Below, one piece after another: positions 1-9,400 of a stretch of DNA of 64,000 nucleotides. The stretch lies in IMG/VR virus record IMGVR_UViG_3300045988_125651; one strand, 5' to 3'. Source of the DNA: a virus. Position numbers and translations under genes: made by a program. Positions within the stretch are counted from its first letter, which is position 1; each line of letters starts with the position of its first letter. The notes under the pieces are model-generated. The model did no database searches, had not been told where the DNA came from, and worked only from the letters and a program-made list of their open reading frames with translations.

Positions 1-366
1 CACTCGCGTCCTCTTGAAGATGCCTGTATTCTTGTCTCTCAATCTACCCCCGATACTGCTTTTACCTATACCAACATTTCTCTTCACCGCACCCTCATCG
101 TTCTCTGTCCCTCTTCTTCTCCCTCTCAATTTCTCAACACCCTCACCCACGAACTTCTCCACACCACAACTCACATATCCGATTACTACAACATTCCTCT
201 CAACACCGAATCTCCCTGTTATCTCCTTGGTTCTCTTGCCCAGGCTTCTTATTCTATAGCGCAATATTATTTGTAAACTGGTTTACGTCTTTTAGTAATA
301 TTCCTTTGCTGTTTTACAGATATTTAGTACTTTTGCAGCACGCAATAATAACTAATTTTAACAACA

Positions 367-585
367 ATGAAAGTACTCTTTCTTTCCCTAATGTTCCTCG
401 CTTGCGCTACAGGCGATGGTGTCTACATTTGCACCGGGCCACAATCCAAGCGCTACCACAAATCCGCATCATGCAAAGGCTTGCGCAATTGCAGCCGAGA
501 GATAAAACAAGTAACTCTCGAACAAGCTAAGAAGTTACACAAAACTCCATGTCATATTTGCTATAAACATGATCGTCAACAATGA
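367..585 (+). CDS. small Cys-rich lipoprotein (YH-x4-SC-x2-L ... PC-x2-C pattern)
   Basis: 72-aa ORF. N-terminal signal with lipobox-like MFLAC. Its stop overlaps the next start (ATGA at 582-585). Confidence 0.6.
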   Translation: MKVLFLSLMFLACATGDGVYICTGPQSKRYHKSASCKGLRNCSREIKQVTLEQAKKLHKTPCHICYKHDRQQ

Positions 586-875
586 GAATATTTAAAGATT
601 TGATTCCGCTTCTTGTTTTGTTATGTGCAAGTTGCCTTATGTTATCATGTGGAGAATCCAAAGAAGAGCTCCGTCAACAAATAGCAGAGCGAGAGGCTGT
701 TATAACACGACAACAACAGGAAATTTCAGACTTGGAAGATAAGCTTCAACAAATAAACGAATACGCATCTAACGCACAATCTTCAATAGATAATATGCGC
801 GATTATGTTGACAGCTATGATTTAGATGATGCAGAAAGTGAAATAGATAATATATACAATGAATCAGAATATTAA
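582..875 (+). CDS. lipoprotein with acidic coiled-coil tail
   Basis: 97-aa ORF. Signal/TM followed by LSCG lipobox, then a Q/E/D-rich helical segment. Translationally coupled to both neighbours. Confidence 0.6.
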   Translation: MRIFKDLIPLLVLLCASCLMLSCGESKEELRQQIAEREAVITRQQQEISDLEDKLQQINEYASNAQSSIDNMRDYVDSYDLDDAESEIDNIYNESEY

Positions 876-1152
876 AGTTTCAAAATTATCACTATTAGCA
901 ATAGCAATAATTGCAAGTGTTTCATCGTGTTCAAAAACCCGGCTCTCGGATTATATCTATTGTGAGCACAATCCTATAACACATCAGAATATAATTCATA
1001 CTAATTCTTCTTGTTCAAAAATTCGTTATGGATATAAGATTAAAATGACCTCGTACTACAAATATACAGAAGGTTATGATGTTTTTTGTCCTGAATGCTG
1101 CTATGAGCCTGATGTTATTAGAATAACTAAAGGCGAAAACTTACAAAAATAA
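859..1152 (+). CDS. Cys-rich lipoprotein, motif-level paralog of 367..585
   Basis: 97-aa ORF. Signal plus VSSC lipobox. H-x4-SCSKI ... FCPECC pattern resembles that of ORF 367..585. Confidence 0.55.
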   Translation: MNQNIKVSKLSLLAIAIIASVSSCSKTRLSDYIYCEHNPITHQNIIHTNSSCSKIRYGYKIKMTSYYKYTEGYDVFCPECCYEPDVIRITKGENLQK

Positions 1153-1186
1153 GTATAATATATTTTAATTTATACTAATTCTTAAT

Positions 1187-1226
1187 ACGCAAACTTGGTC
1201 ACTAAACTAAGTTTGCGTATTTTTGT
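1187..1226 (+). terminator. rho-independent terminator
   Basis: Arms ACGCAAACTT (1187-1196) and AAGTTTGCGT (1209-1218), followed by ATTTTTGT. Confidence 0.6.
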
Positions 1227-1257
1227 ATCACAAAACCTCTTAAACCGTTTTCCTTGA

Positions 1258-1728
1258 ATGACAAAAAATAATTACGATATTACCCGTTTGCAGCGCGAGG
1301 CTCTTAGAAAAGCCTACTGTGATGTATGCAAGCACTCCCGTCCGTGGAGTCAGCAAGACGCATACGTCAAGACTGCCAAGCATCCGGCTCCTCGTTATTA
1401 TATCACGGCTAAAGAGGCTTACGAGAAACTTCGACGCATGGCCGTTGGCGACAACTCTATTGTCGATGCTTTAGGCGACTCAAAACGTCGGCTCTACTAT
1501 TCGCTGTTCGAACGCATGAAGGAACTCTCACAGCGAAAGGAGTATGTCAACAAGTCCCTGTGGTTTCTGTGCCCTATACTTGTCTCGCTTCCGGCTCCCG
1601 AGTTCTTCTTGTCGCCACGCACGGTTAAAGATATATTTGTTAAGTACAGGCTTTATGGAAAGGATTTCCGACATCGTGAAGTGTATGGCAGTGGACGTAA
1701 AAGCAAAGCTACTGTTAACGATACTTAG
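1258..1728 (+). CDS. hypothetical protein
   Basis: 156-aa ORF following the terminator. No motif recognised. Confidence 0.6.
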   Translation: MTKNNYDITRLQREALRKAYCDVCKHSRPWSQQDAYVKTAKHPAPRYYITAKEAYEKLRRMAVGDNSIVDALGDSKRRLYYSLFERMKELSQRKEYVNKSLWFLCPILVSLPAPEFFLSPRTVKDIFVKYRLYGKDFRHREVYGSGRKSKATVNDT

Positions 1729-2167
1729 TCTCTTCGGTTCGCTTCCTTATAGAGGTATGGGGGTTCTGGCTAACGATAGCCTGATCCCCCACCTCACTTA
1801 CAGCTTCCAACACGCCAACATATGGCACATGCTTGCCAATTTGTTTGTTCTGTGGAACATCAAGCAAAAGATGAATGTCGTGTCGGGCTTTTTGATTGCC
1901 GTAGCTGCGAGCTTCTTACCTATGTCTACAGATAGGTCAACTGTCGGTATGTCGGGCTTGCTCTTCGCCATGTTCGGCATTATGTGGGGCAAGCGAGGCG
2001 ACTTCAAAGGATGTCTTAAGGCTGGTATGCCCGTTATCCTTATAATGATGTTGATACCAGGCATTAATGGCCTGCTTCACCTTTATTGTTATTTGTTTGG
2101 TTACATTTGGTTTAAGTTGTTTTCATATACTAAGAAGGTCATTAGGTTAATAAAGAAAGGGTTTTAA
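1685..2167 (+). CDS. minimal rhomboid-family intramembrane serine protease (160 aa, ~6 TM)
   Basis: HANIWHMLANL matches the GlpG-type H-x4-H-x3-N TM2 motif. GMSGLLFAMFG is the GxSG catalytic serine motif. NGLLHLY is the catalytic His motif. I moved the start to the MAVDVK ATG at 1685, because the track start at 1544 overlaps the previous gene for 185 nt. Confidence 0.8.
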   Translation: MAVDVKAKLLLTILSLFGSLPYRGMGVLANDSLIPHLTYSFQHANIWHMLANLFVLWNIKQKMNVVSGFLIAVAASFLPMSTDRSTVGMSGLLFAMFGIMWGKRGDFKGCLKAGMPVILIMMLIPGINGLLHLYCYLFGYIWFKLFSYTKKVIRLIKKGF

Positions 2168-2193
2168 TACTTTTATTCATATTTTATAATTAA

Positions 2194-2231
2194 GAAGAAG
2201 GCAGTCCGTGATGGATAGCCTTCTTTTTTTA
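2194..2231 (+). terminator. terminator between convergent genes
   Basis: GAAGGC (2197-2202) pairs with GCCTTC (2218-2223), followed by a T7 run that overlaps the stop of the minus-strand 887-aa gene. Confidence 0.5.
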
Positions 2232-4892
2232 TCTCATCTTTTCCGTAAATAGTGGCTGAAAATCCACAACCGTTCCGGCAAACGCATCCGTAGCAAGCAT
2301 ATTGCTTAGCTTATAACTTAAGGTGTAGTATTTCCATGGCTTGCCGTGCAACGAATGTAGCTCACACCAGTTCCTACAATCGTTTGAGCCATATATACGT
2401 AGCGCTATCTTGCCGTTCGCCGTATCAAAGAGGTGCAATATCTGATGTATTGTCTTTAGCTGCAACGACGAACCTAACTTCAGAGGACGTGTCGTAAATG
2501 TTCCGCTATATAGTGTTGTGTCGTCATTGATGTCTGGCTTCGATGTTAGTGATAGTACAGTCGCGTCATTGAGCTGTATGATGTTGTCGGGATAGTTATT
2601 CACCACAGCAATCACCTTTCCTGGCAACGATGCCTTGGCGAAGGTTCCGTCATGTATCGAATATACATATTCATATTGCTCCTTGGGGTTGATGATATGC
2701 AGAAGCGAGTCACGGTAGTCGTACGCTATTAACGAATCTCTAAGGTACCCAAGGAAGTCTCCATTGCCTACTTCAAGAAATTGCGACGGGTTGCGTCCTC
2801 GTAATTTGTCCGACACACAAGTCACCTTTCCTCCCGACACAGCCATAAGACCCTTGGCCGAAGTAAAGAATACAACACTGCCCGTTGGCGTTATCGATGC
2901 AGCATTGTTGCACACCTCGCGCGATATGGGGTAACTCGCTGCATACAATCCTTCCGAACTTACCGACATGCCATAAATGCCTTCCGTCGTGAAAACTAAC
3001 AGAGGGTACTGGCCAAACTGTCCTTGTGATATTGGCTCTGTGTTGGCTACTATGCCGAGTATGTTGCCCGTGCCTACTGTGTTGTCTCCTGAGGCTTGGA
3101 AGACAAAGGGATTGTTCACTATTGAGGTGAATATCTGTGATGATAGAAACTCGTAGGCTGTTGGGTCTGGCGAAGGGCGGCTCACGTTCTCATTCGTAAT
3201 CGTTGAATACAGAGGCAGTGTGCGGAATGCGTAGGCTCCATTAAGGCGCTCATGACGCTGTAGGGGTATACGGAAGCTTGCTGCACTTTTTGAGTCGTAT
3301 ACTATTACCTCGGTAGCATTCGTATCGGGATAGTAGAACCATGAGTTGGCTACCTCTTTTAGTGTTTCTACCATGTCTGATACTACCCATGTGTCCATTG
3401 TGTCGCTTACGATGTGCACAAAATACTGCAACCTGCAATCTCGCTGCACTATGTCCGAGTTGGCGATGAACGACGAAAAGCCTTTGAATGGATAACGCTT
3501 TACCCCAAAGAGGTTTAGTCGTTTGTTGTACGTATACATACTCTCTGGTTTCATCGTTGTCCATCCGTAATAATCGTCTACTGACAGTTGCTCCTGTTGT
3601 AACAGTGCGCTCACTACTCCTTGCTTTATTGGCGCATCCTTCCATACTGTATTGTATATCTTATCTATCTTTACAGAGAATAGTTTAAAGAACTGTGTCT
3701 TTGCCAGCAACTCGTCTATTATCTCGTCCTCTGTCTTGAATTTTTTGGGCAATACAATATCTCTTGCCGGGAATGTCTTGAGGTCGAACACGATTTTCTT
3801 TCTTGCATTACCTCTGAATACAGCCTCGTCATATCTCATTCCTAAGAAATCTACTACCTCTGTATTGTTTGTTTGTTCCGGATTCATGATGCTCCAATTG
3901 TCGTCTACATTAAAAGGTAGCACCTCGTCCGAAGCGAACACTACTATATCCTTCACTATGTCGCTCCACTCGTCTATGTCTTCTCCACCTACCTGATATT
4001 GCAGTTTTACGTACGAAGGACAATAGAGTAGTTTTAACGCCGAGCCTGTATCCTCCACTACCTCATGATTTTTCCATCCTACGGGCACAATGTAGTTGTT
4101 GCGTGTTATCGTAGGAAACACAGCCACGGGTGCCGATATACGTGCATAGGTACCGTCGAAAAGGCGTAGCGCAAATCGCACAAAAAAGGGGAATGCAAAT
4201 GCGTTTTTCTCCTTGACAAGGTTTAGTATCAGGGATACATGGCCAGATATGGCTGTCTGCAAGTCGTCCACACGGTCGTCCTTTGGTCTGAATGTTTCGT
4301 ATCTGGTGCCTGCTTCTAATGCGTTGCTACCAAGATGACTGAATGATCCGTCGTCGTTGTAGTAAGCACCAACAGTCGGATGGTCTACCAGGTAGTCTAT
4401 GTCGCACAATTGGCTCTTCTTGGTTACAAGCTGCTCTATGATTGGTGCTGAGGTTCGGAATTTTACCCTTGGCTTGGGCAACTCATTGCCAAGATATTTG
4501 TACGTTCCTCCTTTATATAATAGGTATGCAAAGCCTTTGTCTGTGGCCACAATAAGCGTATTGCCTACTGACGATATATTGTTAAGGCTTTTACCTATTG
4601 GTATACTCGTCTGTTGTGTTTTGTCTATTGACGATTTTTCGAAGTCTACTTCTGCAAACGTGATATTGCCCAACACCTTATCGTATAGAATGGCATTGCA
4701 GTAGTCGGGTCCTTTGTGTATGTAGACCACTTGGTTGGTAACTTTACCTGAAAGAGGGGAAGGTAATTGTATAGGGTGCATTTCGCCTGACTTATACACC
4801 ATTCCTACCAACTCTACAAGTTCCGTATCATCTGTCAACATTCCCGATGGCGATGTTGTTATTCCTTTTGAGTATGATAGCGATTTCTGCAT
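2229..4892 (-). CDS. large virion-associated protein (887 aa), function unknown
   Basis: Long ORF immediately downstream of the large terminase in the same operon. No catalytic motif recognised. Confidence 0.8.
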   Translation of the reverse strand: MQKSLSYSKGITTSPSGMLTDDTELVELVGMVYKSGEMHPIQLPSPLSGKVTNQVVYIHKGPDYCNAILYDKVLGNITFAEVDFEKSSIDKTQQTSIPIGKSLNNISSVGNTLIVATDKGFAYLLYKGGTYKYLGNELPKPRVKFRTSAPIIEQLVTKKSQLCDIDYLVDHPTVGAYYNDDGSFSHLGSNALEAGTRYETFRPKDDRVDDLQTAISGHVSLILNLVKEKNAFAFPFFVRFALRLFDGTYARISAPVAVFPTITRNNYIVPVGWKNHEVVEDTGSALKLLYCPSYVKLQYQVGGEDIDEWSDIVKDIVVFASDEVLPFNVDDNWSIMNPEQTNNTEVVDFLGMRYDEAVFRGNARKKIVFDLKTFPARDIVLPKKFKTEDEIIDELLAKTQFFKLFSVKIDKIYNTVWKDAPIKQGVVSALLQQEQLSVDDYYGWTTMKPESMYTYNKRLNLFGVKRYPFKGFSSFIANSDIVQRDCRLQYFVHIVSDTMDTWVVSDMVETLKEVANSWFYYPDTNATEVIVYDSKSAASFRIPLQRHERLNGAYAFRTLPLYSTITNENVSRPSPDPTAYEFLSSQIFTSIVNNPFVFQASGDNTVGTGNILGIVANTEPISQGQFGQYPLLVFTTEGIYGMSVSSEGLYAASYPISREVCNNAASITPTGSVVFFTSAKGLMAVSGGKVTCVSDKLRGRNPSQFLEVGNGDFLGYLRDSLIAYDYRDSLLHIINPKEQYEYVYSIHDGTFAKASLPGKVIAVVNNYPDNIIQLNDATVLSLTSKPDINDDTTLYSGTFTTRPLKLGSSLQLKTIHQILHLFDTANGKIALRIYGSNDCRNWCELHSLHGKPWKYYTLSYKLSNMLATDAFAGTVVDFQPLFTEKMR

Positions 4893-4904
4893 ATCTGTTT
4901 TCTT

Positions 4905-7043
4905 TTATATTGATGCCTCTGTCTTCACTCCGTCCGAATGTCCTCTTAGTCCTTCGTCTGTTCTCCACTTAGGCATTTCCATTTCATGTGTCGATACATA
5001 TAGGGCTATGGCTGTTGACATCAGTACGTCGTCATGATTGCCCGAACCTTCGATGTTTCCAAGCGAACCGTCTTCCTTGCGCTCGTAGATACGTAGCTCA
5101 TGATACATTTCTGTGTCTGGCTCATGCCAGAGTCCATCATCCACAAAAGCCTCAAGGTTATCTATCAGCCAGCCTTTCGTTATTTTATTGGTCTGGAATC
5201 CATACTTGGCAAGTACATTGCCCGTCGTGTCCTCAGGCGACGAGCGTCTCTGATACAGATTAGGATAGTAGTCCGCTATCTCATTGATTATAGAGCCGAA
5301 GTGGTCGCCCTCTGTGTTGTTGTTCTTCTCGCGGTCGGCAGTGTTGCTCTCTATCACAAGCAGAGCATCGTCGTAATAGTGTGCCAGGGCAGCTGCCTTC
5401 CATGCCAACACGTCATGTCTGCAATGTCCTCTGTATCTTGCCACCACACGCGGCTTGTCCTTCATCGATGGCATCATGCCCATTCTGTCAAGCACGGTCA
5501 TTACGGTATAGTCCGAAGTAGACGACTTGCCTCCGATATCCACGCTCACCACATATCTGTCTGCTACACGCAATATCTTGTTGTTTGGCAAGCTCCATAT
5601 CTTCAACTCGCCTTCTCCGTCTTCCCTTATCTTTATCTTTGCATTCTTTATAGCCTCCGTCGATTTCTCACCAGTGGTTACAATGTCTGCCATGTACTTA
5701 GGCTTCTTTACCTCGCCCTGCCTTAGGTCGTCTATTGAGTAAGGGTTGAACACAAGATTACCCGAGTTTCTAAATGCCTCTTCTTCGTCGATAGGTGCCT
5801 CGGTTGCACAGAAGGCGTGCGTCTTGAACTTGTTCCTGAAGTTTCTGTACCAGTTGATTGCCTGGAAACATGCGCCTTTCTCCCACATTCGCCAAAAGAA
5901 CTTGCCCGTCTCTCTATATCCCTTGGGACAGGTCGAGCGGTCTTTGTTCTTCAACAGCCACATCGCAAACTCCCTCTCGTCCTCCACTGGCTCCATGTCG
6001 TTCTCAATGATAAAGCAGGGTATGAAGATGAATGCGTATGCGTCATTGTTCGATGGGTCCATTGCCAGTTGGCAACGGTCATAGAAGAAGCCCGAAGCTC
6101 CTCGTCCTGTTGACTCAAACACCTCTACGTTGTCTTCTATGTTATGTATGCCGCCCGAAATTGACGAGATTACACCCTCTGGGTCATGCTCTGGTGTCTT
6201 CTTCCAATATGCCACCTCCGAATAGTGGGCACAGTGGAAGTTGTTACCACGCACAGCATCAAAGTTATCGAATGAGGCTACCGTCAGCGTCGAACGTCTC
6301 AACGCCTTGTTGCCATCTGTCACAATAAAGTCGTCGGGTGAGTTTTCGTATGGCGATAGCATCAACTGTGTTCCTGGGTGTCCTATCGTCCATCCTTTCT
6401 GTCTTTCCACCGCCTTTCGGTACATCGCCTTAATCTTCTTCGATGTTCCTTTTACCTGCGACAGAACGATAGCGTTCCAACCGTCACGCCGAAAGTCTTG
6501 AATCCACTTAATATACAGCTGCGTCAATGTTGAGCCACCCCATTGTCGTGCCTTCAGAATTACAACACGTATTGCCTTCTTCTTGTGTCTCAGCTTCTCA
6601 AACAGATTGATAAGTCTTCTCTGCGGATAGTTTAGTCTGAACGGTATCATGTTTCCCGTTCTTTTGTCCTCAATCTTATCCGTCACAAACAGAGCAAACT
6701 CTGGGTCTTCTCTGAATCTCACCTTGAATATCTCAAAGGTCAGCAGCTGTCTTAGCTTCTGTGTTTCTTCCGATTCCTCGTCATACTCCTTATGTAGTAC
6801 TTGTATCAGCACCTCCTTTATCGTGCCAAAATGCTGTAGGTTCTTATACAGCAGTGTTCGCATACACTCCTTCGGCACATACATCTTCGGAATGATGAAG
6901 TCTGGTATTTCAAGGCATATTCTGTTCTTAAAATCATAACAACCCACGCCTGTCCACGGGTCATACTCACCGAAAATTTCATCATATCGTTTCTTATTTT
7001 CGGCAAGCAATTTATCTATGTCAAGGTCGGTTATTGTCGTCAT
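4905..7043 (-). CDS. terL: terminase large subunit
   Basis: 712 aa. Walker-A-like ILKARQWGGST typical of TerL ATPases. C-terminal RNaseH-like segment VSVDIGGKSSTSDYTV. Sits in the packaging module. Confidence 0.85.
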   Translation of the reverse strand: MTTITDLDIDKLLAENKKRYDEIFGEYDPWTGVGCYDFKNRICLEIPDFIIPKMYVPKECMRTLLYKNLQHFGTIKEVLIQVLHKEYDEESEETQKLRQLLTFEIFKVRFREDPEFALFVTDKIEDKRTGNMIPFRLNYPQRRLINLFEKLRHKKKAIRVVILKARQWGGSTLTQLYIKWIQDFRRDGWNAIVLSQVKGTSKKIKAMYRKAVERQKGWTIGHPGTQLMLSPYENSPDDFIVTDGNKALRRSTLTVASFDNFDAVRGNNFHCAHYSEVAYWKKTPEHDPEGVISSISGGIHNIEDNVEVFESTGRGASGFFYDRCQLAMDPSNNDAYAFIFIPCFIIENDMEPVEDEREFAMWLLKNKDRSTCPKGYRETGKFFWRMWEKGACFQAINWYRNFRNKFKTHAFCATEAPIDEEEAFRNSGNLVFNPYSIDDLRQGEVKKPKYMADIVTTGEKSTEAIKNAKIKIREDGEGELKIWSLPNNKILRVADRYVVSVDIGGKSSTSDYTVMTVLDRMGMMPSMKDKPRVVARYRGHCRHDVLAWKAAALAHYYDDALLVIESNTADREKNNNTEGDHFGSIINEIADYYPNLYQRRSSPEDTTGNVLAKYGFQTNKITKGWLIDNLEAFVDDGLWHEPDTEMYHELRIYERKEDGSLGNIEGSGNHDDVLMSTAIALYVSTHEMEMPKWRTDEGLRGHSDGVKTEASI

Positions 7044-7046
7044 GTC

Positions 7047-7418
7047 TTATAATCCTTCGTATTCTTTCAGTTCCTCATAGTCCGCATCCTCTATCTTCGG
7101 CACAGGCTCTGCCCCTATAGCCAACGGATCGTCTGTCTTTGTCGTCGACAACGCCACCAATTCCTGGAAGTCCTTGTTTATGCCCACCGACACATTCACC
7201 TGCGACTGCTTCGGCACAACATGTTTCTGCATGTCATGATACAGCAGCAACCACGCTTTCGGGTCATGCTCCGCAAGCTCCTCAAACAGCTCCTCAAACT
7301 TTTCCTGATTCTTCGATAGCAAATCACGGATAAATTCCTTCTGTGCCTTTTTCCCTTTCGGCAACAGCTTCTTCCTGTTCTCCGACAAAAGAGGTATGTC
7401 GTCCAATGTCTTCACCAT
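7047..7418 (-). CDS. possible small terminase subunit
   Basis: 123-aa basic/acidic helical protein directly upstream of terL. The call is positional only. Confidence 0.4.
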   Translation of the reverse strand: MVKTLDDIPLLSENRKKLLPKGKKAQKEFIRDLLSKNQEKFEELFEELAEHDPKAWLLLYHDMQKHVVPKQSQVNVSVGINKDFQELVALSTTKTDDPLAIGAEPVPKIEDADYEELKEYEGL

Positions 7419-7454
7419 ATATTTTCCTTTCCTTCGGTGTTACAACACCTCACA

Positions 7455-8060
7455 TCAAAACGGATTCAAGTGTTTCCTAATCGTTCCCGGCAACACCCTA
7501 CTGCTCAGTTCTTTTATCACCTTCTCTCCGTCCTCCAAGTTTTGTTTTCTGTCTATCGTTCTCTGGTCTCTCGATGTTAACGTGTTGGAGAGATATTCAA
7601 ACAACGCCCCATCCACCACATACTTATGAATGGCTTGCACCAACGCATCATACACCGTCGCGTCCCAGTAGTCCGGCATCACCAGTATTATCTCTTTCTC
7701 CTGCCATTCTTTCAGTCCGTTCATTCTCGCTACTCCTTCTGGCTTAGCCACATAAGCCGACAGTATTCTTTCCACCGACGCTATATATTGGTCAAACCAT
7801 CTGTAGAACATTGGTCTGTGCGAGTCCGCTTCCGATGTTGTCACCTCAGTCTCTTCCTGTGTCTTCCTCGTAGCCTTGTCTATCAATGATGTCACAGAGT
7901 CCACATCAAACAACAGCTGGTCTGCCTGTATATAGATGTGCTTTATGCTATGTCCGTATGCTCTCCTTGGTGGTTGTGGCTCAAGGGGGTTAGCTACTGG
8001 TATCCACCCTCTCTGTCTTGAAGCTACAAACGGATGCAATTCCGAAAAATCCTTTTTCAT
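7455..8060 (-). CDS. hypothetical head/connector module protein
   Basis: 201-aa ORF in the portal-terminase operon. Confidence 0.6.
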   Translation of the reverse strand: MKKDFSELHPFVASRQRGWIPVANPLEPQPPRRAYGHSIKHIYIQADQLLFDVDSVTSLIDKATRKTQEETEVTTSEADSHRPMFYRWFDQYIASVERILSAYVAKPEGVARMNGLKEWQEKEIILVMPDYWDATVYDALVQAIHKYVVDGALFEYLSNTLTSRDQRTIDRKQNLEDGEKVIKELSSRVLPGTIRKHLNPF

Positions 8061-8072
8061 GTCCTTTTGTTT

Positions 8073-8861
8073 TTAATAGTACTCCTTCGACACTATCACC
8101 GTAAACTCCACATACACATTGTCTGTATGTCGTGAGAATAGTCTTATCCTCGCTACTCCCGTGTTACGTGGCACAAGCTCAAATGTCATTGGTGCTCTGT
8201 AGCGCATTATCTCCACTATGCTTGGGTCTTCCGAGCGTGCTTCAATGTCGTCTACTGCTCCTGCGTCAATACTGTACGACACCGTGGCATTCTCGTCCAC
8301 ACGCATTGTTATCTCGCCCTCCGCGTCTGTTCCGTCTACCTTTGCCGTTAGTGTTGTGGGATATTTTATTGTTGGTACTGCTGGAGCCGACAATACAAAG
8401 CAGCGTCTTATCGCAATCTCGTCCGCTGCCACTGCCGACTGATACGGTGCTGCCTGGTTTAGGTTGCCCAGTTTTACCCACCATTCGTAGCACATTGTGT
8501 CCTCTACAAACTTGGATACAAGTCTTGCCAACGTGTCTGTCAACGATCCGTTGTATCTTCGCGACACGTTTAGCGTAAACTCCACTATGTCGTTTGTCTT
8601 GTCGTTGTAGTATATGGCATTGTCGCCTATCGTCTGGGCTGTAGGCACATAGTAGTCTACAAAGATTATCTTTGCTTTTTCGAGTGCTGTTGTCAGGTCA
8701 TGGTCCAATGTGCGCTCGTGCACCTCTTCGTCTCCTGCTATCTCGAAGTATGGCGTTTTCTGCCCTGGCTGTGCTGCCTCGTCTATCTTGCCTTTAAGAT
8801 AGGTCGCTGCCTTTACAGCCTCGATTATCACGGATTTTATTATCTGGAATTTTATTATCAT
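8073..8861 (-). CDS. structural protein with C-terminal Ig-like (Big_2-like) domain
   Basis: 262 aa. The C-terminal ~90 aa (TLTAKVDGTDAEGEITMRV...FTVIV) have a beta-sandwich, Ig-like pattern common in capsid/connector decoration. Confidence 0.6.
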   Translation of the reverse strand: MIIKFQIIKSVIIEAVKAATYLKGKIDEAAQPGQKTPYFEIAGDEEVHERTLDHDLTTALEKAKIIFVDYYVPTAQTIGDNAIYYNDKTNDIVEFTLNVSRRYNGSLTDTLARLVSKFVEDTMCYEWWVKLGNLNQAAPYQSAVAADEIAIRRCFVLSAPAVPTIKYPTTLTAKVDGTDAEGEITMRVDENATVSYSIDAGAVDDIEARSEDPSIVEIMRYRAPMTFELVPRNTGVARIRLFSRHTDNVYVEFTVIVSKEYY

Positions 8862-8886
8862 GGTGACTTACTGTTTTTGTTTATAC

Positions 8887-9384
8887 CTATAGTTCAACCG
8901 AGCCTACACAGTCCGCGAGCGTCTTGTCCGCACTGCCTGGCGGTGTCTTCGTAAATATCAGTCGTGTGGCTGCAAGTAGCTGTGCCTGCACGTCCGTAGC
9001 ATATTTCCCCGCAAGGTCTGGCAGCACCATCGCCAATACCGATTGCGTTACATAAGCAATGAGTAGCGACTTTACACTGTCTTGTGCTGCTCCTGATAGT
9101 GCATCGTTGCTTCGTGTAGTGTTCACAACGAACGCTATATATTCTGCTTTCTGTCCTCCTGCCTTCTTCCCAACTTCATACCCCGACAATACTGGCGACA
9201 GGTTCGATGTCACAAGCTGCGCTCCGTCTATTATGCATTGTCGCATTACCGTGTCTTCCACACTTGATAGTGTTGACACCGAGAACAGCGTGTCGCCCTT
9301 CTGTGTGCTATGGTGTTTTCCTATGATGGACAGTTGCCGTTTTACGGCTTCTTTCACATCTTCAATATATATGGCTATATCCAT
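8887..9384 (-). CDS. hypothetical structural protein
   Basis: 165-aa ORF immediately downstream of the portal. Confidence 0.6.
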   Translation of the reverse strand: MDIAIYIEDVKEAVKRQLSIIGKHHSTQKGDTLFSVSTLSSVEDTVMRQCIIDGAQLVTSNLSPVLSGYEVGKKAGGQKAEYIAFVVNTTRSNDALSGAAQDSVKSLLIAYVTQSVLAMVLPDLAGKYATDVQAQLLAATRLIFTKTPPGSADKTLADCVGSVEL

Positions 9385-9400
9385 ATTTTACATTTTTATA

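Noticed and set aside
14-259. 81-aa Pro/Leu/Ser/Thr-rich ORF at the window start, and similar ORFs 37661..37957 and 37845..38132
   Set aside because: They coincide exactly with the G-depleted tracts. Without G, only TAA can act as a stop, so long open frames arise by composition. The sequences are low-complexity.
1544-1684. Track start (1544) for the rhomboid ORF
   Set aside because: The first 47 codons overlap the preceding gene and are Cys/Arg/Ser-rich and non-membrane. The rhomboid core begins after the ATG at 1685.
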